Source: an uncultured Alphaproteobacteria bacterium (GTDB lineage: Bacteria; Pseudomonadota; Alphaproteobacteria; RF32; CAG-239). Taken from it: DNA of 64,000 nt. The DNA lies in NCBI GenBank assembly GCA_944391405.1, contig CALXTN010000003.1:5587-69586 (forward strand). The letters are read 5' to 3'. This document shows positions 10,221-17,963 of the stretch, piece after piece. Position numbers and translations under genes: made by a program. How positions within the stretch are numbered: position 1 is the stretch's first letter; every line of letters starts with the position of its first letter. The notes beneath the pieces are model-generated. The model was not told the origin of the DNA. It searched no databases and was given only the letters and a program-made list of their open reading frames with translations.

Positions 10221-10600
10221 ATGGAAGAAAAAGTCTGTTCGGAAAGAACGTGGTTATTGAAAAAAGCTAAATGGGCTATTCGCAAATCTTATTGACTAAA
10301 TTCTCATTTGCCAGTTAAATATCATTTTATTTTAGTTAATCTGTAATGTTGCTCTTTACATTGTTATGTCTGCAAGATTGTTCATTATTTCCTGAAGCAG
10401 AGATGCTTTTGTATGATAAATAGCAAATATCTGCCCTGAATTTCTCAAAGAATACATTGGTACACATAGTGCTACAAATTTCCTATTGTTTAAGCAGATT
10501 CTGAGGATAAAGATTTGATCAAAATGCATTACTTAAAGTATGGTTTGAATGACGAGGTTATTGTTTTTCTGGCAAGTTTTAATTATTTAGGTATTTGAGA
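10221..10600 (+). pseudogene. Decayed, internally deleted member of the helical-repeat family
   Basis: MEEKVCSERTWLLKKAKWAIRKSY*LNSHLPVKYHFILVNL*CCS resembles IAPQYHSQMVLLHGCS of member 2. Later fragments LFPEAEMLL and DSEDKDLIKMHYLKYGLNDEV resemble ETKNFELLSIHLIKFGLKDDV. In-frame stops and a frame change. Confidence 0.75.
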
Positions 10601-10613
10601 TTTGGCAACTTTT

Positions 10614-10640
10614 AAAGCCCCGATTTCTCGGGGCTTTTTT
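10614..10640. terminator. Terminator between the pseudogene and the convergent gene
   Basis: aaagccccga-tttc-tcggggcttttt. Confidence 0.85.
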
Positions 10641-10656
10641 ATTGAGCTTTTTATAG

Positions 10657-11106
10657 CTATTGAAACGTTACAACGTAACAATTCAATTGCATATTATTAA
10701 TCTGTTCGACAATTCTTTCTCCGTCGACTTCAAAAATACCACTCATCGTAGCATTGTACCCGAATGGATGGTTTCCTTTGTTTCGGATATTGTTTAGTAT
10801 CCAATACAAATCTATGGATATAAAACCTCCATATATTGCAAATAGCATTTTGACAATTTGCTTACTTCCATGAAAGGCATATTTTCTTTTTTCCGGTTTT
10901 GTTGGATATTCAACTAATACTTGTATCTCTTCTGGATTAATTTTTGCCAAATATTTCGCACTTGCAATGTATGTTGCTGCGCCGTCGTACTCGTTGTTGC
11001 CAATATAACGAAAAAAGAAAATATCTTTTTTCTTAGATATTAATTGTACGTGCATATTTTTTTCTATATACGATAGAAAAATTTTTTCTTGTTCTTGTGT
11101 TATCAT
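10657..11106 (-). CDS. Hypothetical protein, opposite orientation within the repeat-gene array
   Basis: 149-aa ORF with its own TTGACA-16-TAAACT promoter (about 11151-11178). No recognised motif. Confidence 0.6.
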   Translation of the reverse strand: MITQEQEKIFLSYIEKNMHVQLISKKKDIFFFRYIGNNEYDGAATYIASAKYLAKINPEEIQVLVEYPTKPEKRKYAFHGSKQIVKMLFAIYGGFISIDLYWILNNIRNKGNHPFGYNATMSGIFEVDGERIVEQINNMQLNCYVVTFQ

Positions 11107-11187
11107 ATGTGTATATTTTTAATAGTTATAATAATTTATTTTCTAAATTAAGTTTACTCGCTTTCTGTTTTTTGTCAACAACCTTTC

Positions 11188-11268
11188 TTGACAAATTTAT
11201 TGACCTCTTTATAATGCTCGTATCAATTTAATTTTATGTTGTACTATTTTATCTTTTTACCATTATGA
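11188..11268 (+). promoter_or_regulatory. Sigma70-type promoter and leader with extended mini-ORF MLYYFIFLPL* (11236..11268)
   Basis: TTGACA-16-TATAAT, then ATG TTG TAC TAT.., whose TGA overlaps the main start (ATGA). Confidence 0.7.
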
Positions 11269-11873
11269 AAGCTATTGAAATTTGGGACAATTTCCTTGCT
11301 GATAAGCAACAGTTGTCTGAAAAAGATGAACTTATTTTTGTACGTAAGGGGCACGATGAATGGCTCTTAAAATATCTGCAAAAATTTTCTCTTGGTGAAA
11401 AAGCAGAACTCCTTCTCATCACTTATCGTTCTCATCAGGTTGTATTGGATTATATTTATTTCTCCAATGAACCTTTTTTTCTTCAGTCTGAAGAGGCCTT
11501 GTTGAAACGAAAAGATACCGAACTCATTTTGAGATACGCTCATAAATTCTGTTTTGTTCCTGAACTTCATGAACTTATGGTCAACATTTCTGATGAAGAG
11601 GTCTTGCTAGGATATTTTCTTGAGGAGCAGTTGTCTCCTGAGGGAGAAATAAAACTTATTGAGCGAAACTCCTATAAACTTTTTAGTGCGTATATCACAG
11701 AGTATGCTCTTAATGAAAAAGCAGAGCACTTTCTGATTGAACAGAAAAAATATAACTTGTTCAAAATCTATGTTTCTGAACACGATCGTATTGCTCAATC
11801 ATCTTTGGATTTGTTGGCTAATTCTCGTGACGAAGAAATGCTGGATATTTTCCGAGAATTCTGCTTACGCTAA
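11265..11873 (+). CDS. Short ~26-aa helical-repeat protein (about 7 repeats), family member 5
   Basis: LSEKDELIFV../LGEKAELLLI../LSPEGEIKLI../LNEKAEHFLI.. periodicity. Confidence 0.8.
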   Translation: MKAIEIWDNFLADKQQLSEKDELIFVRKGHDEWLLKYLQKFSLGEKAELLLITYRSHQVVLDYIYFSNEPFFLQSEEALLKRKDTELILRYAHKFCFVPELHELMVNISDEEVLLGYFLEEQLSPEGEIKLIERNSYKLFSAYITEYALNEKAEHFLIEQKKYNLFKIYVSEHDRIAQSSLDLLANSRDEEMLDIFREFCLR

Positions 11874-11886
11874 AAATTTATTAATG

Positions 11887-11923
11887 AAAAACTCTCTATC
11901 CTTTGTGGCTAGAGAGTTTTTTT
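11887..11923. terminator. Bidirectional terminator
   Basis: aaaaactctcta..tagagagttttttt between convergent genes. Confidence 0.8.
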
Positions 11924-11924
11924 A

Positions 11925-13313
11925 TTAGAATTCAGCGATTGCTTTTCCGCTTCGCCAGTTTTGTTCTATCTGCTCCAAAGAGCGCCCTTTCGTTTCCGGA
12001 ATGTATTTCCATGTGTAGAATAAACTAAAAATTCCGACCACTCCAAAAATACTAAAGGTTAATGCTTCGCCGATTGTTGCAAGCAATGTTGGAAAAATTA
12101 AAGCAACAATAAAGTTAAATACAAAGTTGGACATTGTTGCTATGCTCATTGCAGTTCCTCTTATTGCCAACGGCATGATTTCTGATATTAATATCCATGC
12201 AATCGGACCTAATGAAAAAGCGAAACTTGCAATAAATGTTATAATACTACCTACCGCTACCCATTTTGTATCGTAGCCATAATTACTGCTTAGCCAGAAT
12301 GAGACGGATAAAACAAACAAACTTACCGTAATACCGCTTAATCCCGCATATAATAATGGTTTACGTCCTAATCTGTCTGTAAAGAATATGGCCACAAATG
12401 TCATTGCAAAATTGACAACACCTACTCCGACAGATGCATATAAAGCTCCAATGTTATCTGTAAAACCAGCTGCTTTAAATATTGTTGCCGCATAGTAGAT
12501 AATTGTATTTATACCTGTGCAGATTTGAATGAACATTATAAAAATACCAACTAATACAGGACGCAACATCCAATTTTCAAAGACTTTTCCTTTTTTCTTT
12601 TCACTTACTTTTAATGTTGCTTGAATTTCTTTAACTTGTTTGTCAGCATCTTCTTCCGGTTCAATCTTTTTGAAAATTTCCTTTGCTTCACTATAACGAC
12701 GGCGACTTATTAACCAACGAGGTGTATCGCCCAAGAAACTAATACCTACAAGTAAAATAACTGCCGGTATCAATCCAGCTCCCAACATCCAGCGCCAGTT
12801 ATATTCCGATAATGCAAATACTCTGTTGATTAAGTATGAGAACAAAATTCCTGCCGTAATTGCTAATTGATACAAAGAAACCAACATTCCTCTAACTTTT
12901 TGCGGTGATAACTCTGATAAATACAACGGTATCACAAAGTTTACCATACCTATTGCCAATCCCAATATCATGCGACCACAAACCAACCATCCCACACTCG
13001 GGGCGAATCCGCAAATTACAGAACCTATCGCAAAAATTGTCGCCGTTGCTATGATGACTTTTTTACGGCCATACACATCTGCCAATACGCCATTTACCGC
13101 AGCACCAACAACGGCTCCGACTAATGCGGAACTTACGACCCAGCCTTGTTGTAATGTGCTTAGCGGCCAACTTTCATTAATGTAGAGTAACGCTCCTGAA
13201 ATTACTCCTGTATCAAATCCGGAAAGTAATCCTCCTAATGAGGCTATTCCTGCAATTACATATAGTAAAAAGTGCTTTATACGTCCTTTGTTTTGAATTG
13301 TTGTCGCATTCAT
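11925..13313 (-). CDS. MFS sugar porter (GalP/AraE/XylE family)
   Basis: GLLSGFDTGVISG, D..GRK, PLYLSE, TDRLGRK and PETKGRSLEQIE motifs. About 12 TM. Confidence 0.95.
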   Translation of the reverse strand: MNATTIQNKGRIKHFLLYVIAGIASLGGLLSGFDTGVISGALLYINESWPLSTLQQGWVVSSALVGAVVGAAVNGVLADVYGRKKVIIATATIFAIGSVICGFAPSVGWLVCGRMILGLAIGMVNFVIPLYLSELSPQKVRGMLVSLYQLAITAGILFSYLINRVFALSEYNWRWMLGAGLIPAVILLVGISFLGDTPRWLISRRRYSEAKEIFKKIEPEEDADKQVKEIQATLKVSEKKKGKVFENWMLRPVLVGIFIMFIQICTGINTIIYYAATIFKAAGFTDNIGALYASVGVGVVNFAMTFVAIFFTDRLGRKPLLYAGLSGITVSLFVLSVSFWLSSNYGYDTKWVAVGSIITFIASFAFSLGPIAWILISEIMPLAIRGTAMSIATMSNFVFNFIVALIFPTLLATIGEALTFSIFGVVGIFSLFYTWKYIPETKGRSLEQIEQNWRSGKAIAEF

Positions 13314-13459
13314 ATTGGAAATCCTTTCACTCTTTTGATGTTTTATTTAGTTTAGCATTAATAGTTTTAAAATTGTTTAAATTATTCCCTCTTTATCCTT
13401 GACAAAAATTGACAAACATTATATCTTGTTTTTTGATTAAATATAATTTAGTTACAGCT

Positions 13460-14017
13460 ATGAAAAGATTAATTATTTTTAGACACGGTAGTTACGATGA
13501 ATACAAAAATTTAACTGAGACTTGTGCTCAGGAACTTTTTTTGAAGGCTCGTCATATTCGAGAATTTATCGGTCAACCTGCTGCAATTTTTGCTTCTCCA
13601 ATCAAACGAGCTTGGCAAACAGCTAATGTTCTTAATTTTGCTTTTGGTAACGTTCCTTTGTTTCAAAAAGATGAATTAAGAGATTTTAACGCTCTTAGCA
13701 TTCTTTCTTTTGCTAAAAGATTTGCTGATGAAGCGCAACAAAATTTTGCAGATAAAGATGTGCTTGTTTGGGTTACACACGAACCTTCTGTGCACGAATT
13801 GATGGGAATCACGCTGGATACATCAGAATGGATTGTTCTTGAGGCACCCGAGTGGGAGAAAATTTTTGAACCGAAGTTCAGAAAAATTTATCACCCTTTG
13901 AATTTTATTTCATCCCAAGGATATTCCTCTCGTGAAGCTTTCCATAAATTGGTGGAATGGACGATGGATGAACTTTCTGATGAAGAAGCGCAAAAAATCA
14001 GTTCTCTTTTGAAATGA
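13460..14017 (+). CDS. Histidine phosphatase superfamily protein (SixA-like)
   Basis: LIIFRHG, SPIKRAWQTA and VTHEP motifs. Start at ATG 13460. Confidence 0.85.
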   Translation: MKRLIIFRHGSYDEYKNLTETCAQELFLKARHIREFIGQPAAIFASPIKRAWQTANVLNFAFGNVPLFQKDELRDFNALSILSFAKRFADEAQQNFADKDVLVWVTHEPSVHELMGITLDTSEWIVLEAPEWEKIFEPKFRKIYHPLNFISSQGYSSREAFHKLVEWTMDELSDEEAQKISSLLK

Positions 14018-14035
14018 TTTTTTTCCTTTGTTCTT

Positions 14036-14063
14036 AAAAACTCTCCATTTCGGAGAGTTTTTT
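14036..14063 (+). terminator. Rho-independent terminator
   Basis: aaaaactctcc-atttc-ggagagtttttt. Confidence 0.85.
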
Positions 14064-14128
14064 ATGTTTACTAATCTTTTTATTGCGATATTATAGTCTT
14101 TAGTTTCTTGTTTTTCAGGTTTTGTACA

Positions 14129-14707
14129 ATGGATTATTTAGCGCAATCTAAACTCAATACATCAATAGCTCAGAAAATTATTAGCGATAGCCGTATTATT
14201 CCTTTATGGCAATCCGTGGGAGCTCGTGTTAATCTGGTCGGTTCTCTTAGAATCGGAGTATTGGCTAAACACCTTGATATAGATTTTCATATTTACACTT
14301 CTGAACTTGATGTTTCTCAAAGTTTTGCCGTTATGGCGCAAATCGCTCTTAATCCCGCTGTTCAAAAAATTGAATTCATCAATCTGGCACAAACTGATGA
14401 ATGTTGCTTTGAGTGGCACGTTTGGTATGAAGACAATGATGGGAATTTGTGGCAGATGGATATTATTCAAATCAAAAGCGGTTCTCGTTATGATGGATAT
14501 TTTGAGCGTGTTGTTGAAACTATTAAATCGAAAATGTCTGAGGATATGAAGAAAACTATTCTTCAACTTAAATTCGAAACGCCAGATACTCTTAAAATTG
14601 TAAGTATTGAATATTATAAAGCAGTTATTCAAGACGGTATTACTAATTTTGATGATTTCTTAAAATGGCGTTCAGAACACCATTTTGAGGGGATTATTGA
14701 GTGGTAA
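14129..14707 (+). CDS. Putative Pol-beta-type nucleotidyltransferase-fold protein
   Basis: VNLVGS..HLDIDFHI (hGS-x9-DxD) signature and a later WQMDI acidic residue. Confidence 0.6.
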   Translation: MDYLAQSKLNTSIAQKIISDSRIIPLWQSVGARVNLVGSLRIGVLAKHLDIDFHIYTSELDVSQSFAVMAQIALNPAVQKIEFINLAQTDECCFEWHVWYEDNDGNLWQMDIIQIKSGSRYDGYFERVVETIKSKMSEDMKKTILQLKFETPDTLKIVSIEYYKAVIQDGITNFDDFLKWRSEHHFEGIIEW

Positions 14708-14714
14708 TTCTTTC

Positions 14715-15185
14715 TTATATTGCTTGTTTGCAAACATCTACCCATATTGAAGTCGGCGTATATTTTTTTAATTCTTCAGGTGTCACTTCTATTGCACTGT
14801 TAGAACTGCCACAGGCTGGATATACGCTTTGAAATCTTTTTAGTGACTCATCTAAATATATTGTAACATTTTCTGGTACACCAAATGGACAAACACCTCC
14901 TATAGCATGTCCTATACATTCAGTTACTTCTTCTGGTGTGAGCATTTTAGCTTTTACATGAAACAAAGCTTTGTACTTGGCGTTATCAATTTTGCAATCT
15001 CCTGCCATTACAATTAATATAGCTTTATCTTTTACTGCAAAAGACAACGTCTTAGCAATGCGACAAGGCTCGCATCCTAATGCTTGTGCAGCTAGTTCTA
15101 CTGTTGCACTTGATACCGGAAATTCTAAAATTCTATTTTCTGCACCAAATTGTTTTAGATATTCTCTCGCTTTTTCTATACTCAT
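14715..15185 (-). CDS. YbaK/EbsC family aminoacyl-tRNA deacylase
   Basis: IAKTL, GHAIGGVCPFG and PACGS motifs. Confidence 0.92.
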   Translation of the reverse strand: MSIEKAREYLKQFGAENRILEFPVSSATVELAAQALGCEPCRIAKTLSFAVKDKAILIVMAGDCKIDNAKYKALFHVKAKMLTPEEVTECIGHAIGGVCPFGVPENVTIYLDESLKRFQSVYPACGSSNSAIEVTPEELKKYTPTSIWVDVCKQAI

Positions 15186-15244
15186 TTAGAAAATCTCTTT
15201 CTTTTCATATTTTATCATGGCTCTTTTATGTTTGTCAGATAATT

Positions 15245-15275
15245 AAAAGAGGGTTGTAATTTCTTACAACCCTCT
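15245..15275 (-). terminator. rplM-rpsI terminator
   Basis: agagggttgtaa/ttacaaccctct stem with a U-tract on the minus strand. Confidence 0.8.
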
Positions 15276-15304
15276 GAAAATATTTGATATTTTCGTAATA
15301 CCAA

Positions 15305-15790
15305 TTAACGTTTAGAGAATTGGTAAGAACGACGTGCTTTAGCACGACCGTATTTCTTACGTTCTACAACACGATCATCACGTGTTAAGAAACCAGCTTG
15401 TTTCAAAACTGAACGAAGTTCTGGTTCATATTCATTCAAAGCTTTAGAAATACCGTGTTTGATTGCACCAGCTTGACCTGATAAACCACCGCCTTGTACT
15501 GTGCATACTACGTCAAATTCGTTTTCACGATTTGTGATTTCAAACGGTTGGTTAATGATCATTTTCAAAACCGGACGTGCAAAGTATGTATCAATCGGTT
15601 TTTCGTTAATTGTGATATTACCTTTACCAGGCATAATCCATACACGTGCGACAGCGTTCTTTCTTTTACCTGTAGCATAAGAACGACCTTGTTTGTCACG
15701 AGAAGGTTTACGTTTTGCTTCAACAGTTGCTGAGGAAGATGCAACAGCTTCTTTGATTTCTGTTAAAGATTCAATTTTTTTATTAGCCAT
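15305..15790 (-). CDS. rpsI: 30S ribosomal protein S9
   Basis: [23 protein letters not shown] and C-terminal QFSKR. Confidence 0.99.
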   Translation of the reverse strand: MANKKIESLTEIKEAVASSSATVEAKRKPSRDKQGRSYATGKRKNAVARVWIMPGKGNITINEKPIDTYFARPVLKMIINQPFEITNRENEFDVVCTVQGGGLSGQAGAIKHGISKALNEYEPELRSVLKQAGFLTRDDRVVERKKYGRAKARRSYQFSKR

Positions 15791-16257
15791 TACAGTTCAC
15801 TCCTTTTGTTCTTTTCATTCATTGACGCAATATCCAAAACTTCAGGATTTTGTGCTGCGTGTGGATGATTTTCACCTGCATATACCTTTAATTTTGTCAT
15901 TTGTTGACGTCCCATTGGATTACGGGAAATCATGCGTTCTACTGCTTTTTCAATTACTCTTTCAGGGAAACGGCTGTTCAAAATCTTGCCGGCTGTGGTT
16001 TCTTTAATTCCGCCAATCCAGCCAGTGTGTTTATAATATTTCTTATCAGTCAATTTCTTGCCTGTTAATTTTACTTTATCTGCGTTGATTACAACAACAT
16101 AGTCACCACAGTCCAAGTTCGGAGTGAAATAAGGTTTGTTTTTACCGCGAAGTAAAATTGCTACTTGTGCAGCCAAACGACCTAATACGACATCTGTTGC
16201 ATCAACAACATACCATTTTCTTTTAATATCAGATGGTTTTGTTGCATATGTATTCAT
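15790..16257 (-). CDS. rplM: 50S ribosomal protein L13
   Basis: [23 protein letters not shown] and HPHAAQNP. Confidence 0.99.
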   Translation of the reverse strand: MNTYATKPSDIKRKWYVVDATDVVLGRLAAQVAILLRGKNKPYFTPNLDCGDYVVVINADKVKLTGKKLTDKKYYKHTGWIGGIKETTAGKILNSRFPERVIEKAVERMISRNPMGRQQMTKLKVYAGENHPHAAQNPEVLDIASMNEKNKRSEL

Positions 16258-16354
16258 TTTATGGTCTCTTTTCTAAAAAATTAAGTTAAATTCGTGTTTA
16301 ATATATGGATATTTACGCATTTGTCAATATAAAAATTTCATTTATTTTCAATCT

Positions 16355-16388
16355 GTTAATTTAAGGTATTATAATACCTTAAATTAAC
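16355..16388. repeat. Perfect 34-bp palindrome upstream of the rplM promoter
   Basis: gttaatttaaggtatta|taataccttaaattaac, with no loop and no mismatch. Confidence 0.9.
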
Positions 16389-16761
16389 CTTTTGTTTTTA
16401 CTGCTTTATCTCTTTTATGATATTCTTGGAATTATTTTTACTATAAAGGTAAAAAAGTTATGTTGATATAACTTTTATTTATGCCTGGCAGCTCTTTTAT
16501 TTATGCATGATAACTCTCTTTGTAGTTATGATTATCCAAACTCTGCAAAACGTTGATGAGCTTTGTGTCAATTTTAAAAGCAAAATGAGATGCGAATAAA
16601 AATAGCTAGTATTAATAGTTATTATTTTGATTTTTTATATGAAAATGGAATTTTTCGAAAAAAATCGCATTCAAAAAAAACGCTAATCATTTGTTTCTCA
16701 TTGATTTTTTCTTTAAATTATGATAGAATTATTTATAAGCTGTTTATCGTGGAGATGAATT

Positions 16762-17751
16762 ATGAGTGAACTAAATGATGCTAAAATTAATTATTTTGAA
16801 CAAAACAATAATATTAAGCAATCTCTTAAGTCGCAAAGCAACCTTAATAGTTTTCTTGCAGCTGTGTCTGCAAAATCAGCATCCTCTTTTACTTGTTCTC
16901 AGGATGATTTTGAAAAACTTATGACGTACCTTTCTGATCAACAGAAACAATCTCTTCAATTTACATCTACTAATGGCTTTGTTCATGTAAAGATTATTCC
17001 CTCTTCCCGCAACAAAGAGGATAATACTCAGAAAAAAACATCTTCCCCCAAAGAAGATAAATTTTCTCAAGAATCTGAGGAGAAGATGGATGATCAATTG
17101 GATAAAAAACGTAAAGAAAAGAAAAAAAACAATAAAAAAAACAAAAAAGCAGTTCAAAAGAAAACTGCAAAACTAAAAAATGAAGCTGCTGAAAGAGCTA
17201 ATAAAATGGATAAATTTCTTAATCGCTCCAAAAAATTATCTTCTTCCAAAGAAGCTCTTTCTCGTATTGGCAAAAAGAAAATTTTGTGTAAATCTTCTTC
17301 TAAAGTTTTAGCTAAAACTGCTGCAAAATCGGCAACAAAGGCTACATCAAAGATTTTAGGTAAAGCAGCCCTCAAATCCTTAATTAAGAAAATTCCTGTC
17401 GTTAGTTTAGCTGCGGGATGTGTTTTTGCTTATCAACGTATTAAAGACGGGGACTGGAAAGGTGCTATCGGTGAGGTTGCTTCCGGTGCTCTTGGATGTA
17501 TTCCCGGGGTTGGAACTGCTGCAAGTGTTGCTGTTGATGCAGGGCTTGCTACTAGAGATATTTATAATGAGCATCAAGTTTCTTCTGATAATATTAAGGA
17601 AGTGCAAACTCCACAAATTGTACCGCAACAACTTCGACATGATATAGATCAGAGAGGAATTGTTGAAAAAACTTCTGATAAAACGGTTCAAACTTCATTA
17701 TCTCTTAATAACTCTTCTTTATTACAAAAATTTTCAGAAAATTCTCGTTAA
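16762..17751 (+). CDS. Hypothetical Lys-rich protein with a hydrophobic Gly/Ala-rich module
   Basis: 329-aa ORF with GGAG RBS. Contains the KKIPVVSLAAG..GDWKGAIGEVASG..IPGVGTAASVAVD module. Confidence 0.75.
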   Translation: MSELNDAKINYFEQNNNIKQSLKSQSNLNSFLAAVSAKSASSFTCSQDDFEKLMTYLSDQQKQSLQFTSTNGFVHVKIIPSSRNKEDNTQKKTSSPKEDKFSQESEEKMDDQLDKKRKEKKKNNKKNKKAVQKKTAKLKNEAAERANKMDKFLNRSKKLSSSKEALSRIGKKKILCKSSSKVLAKTAAKSATKATSKILGKAALKSLIKKIPVVSLAAGCVFAYQRIKDGDWKGAIGEVASGALGCIPGVGTAASVAVDAGLATRDIYNEHQVSSDNIKEVQTPQIVPQQLRHDIDQRGIVEKTSDKTVQTSLSLNNSSLLQKFSENSR

Positions 17752-17916
17752 ATGAATACTAATCAGCTTATATAGAATCTAAGCTTCTAAAGTTCAGCTA
17801 TAACGGACATTCTTATGTATAATGAGATTTAATTATAAAAGAGTAGTTTGAGTTCTCTTTTTTAACTGCTTTCAATATATAGAACACTATTATAAATATG
17901 ATTAAGTATCTATTCC

Positions 17917-17957
17917 CATCAAAGAGAACAAGGATAGTAGCCTTGTTCTCTTTGATG
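17917..17957. terminator. 17-bp stem hairpin just downstream of tkt
   Basis: catcaaagagaacaagg-atagtag-ccttgttctctttgatg. Confidence 0.75.
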
Positions 17958-17963
17958 ACTCTT

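Noticed and set aside
4431-11923. Integron, CRISPR or diversity-generating retroelement reading of the array
   Set aside because: No integrase, attC-like palindromes, repeat-spacer pattern, reverse transcriptase or template/variable repeat pair was seen. The hairpins are ordinary terminators.
16440-16600. Possible small ORF or remnant between rplM and the orphan gene
   Set aside because: Only very short frames, with no recognisable motif.
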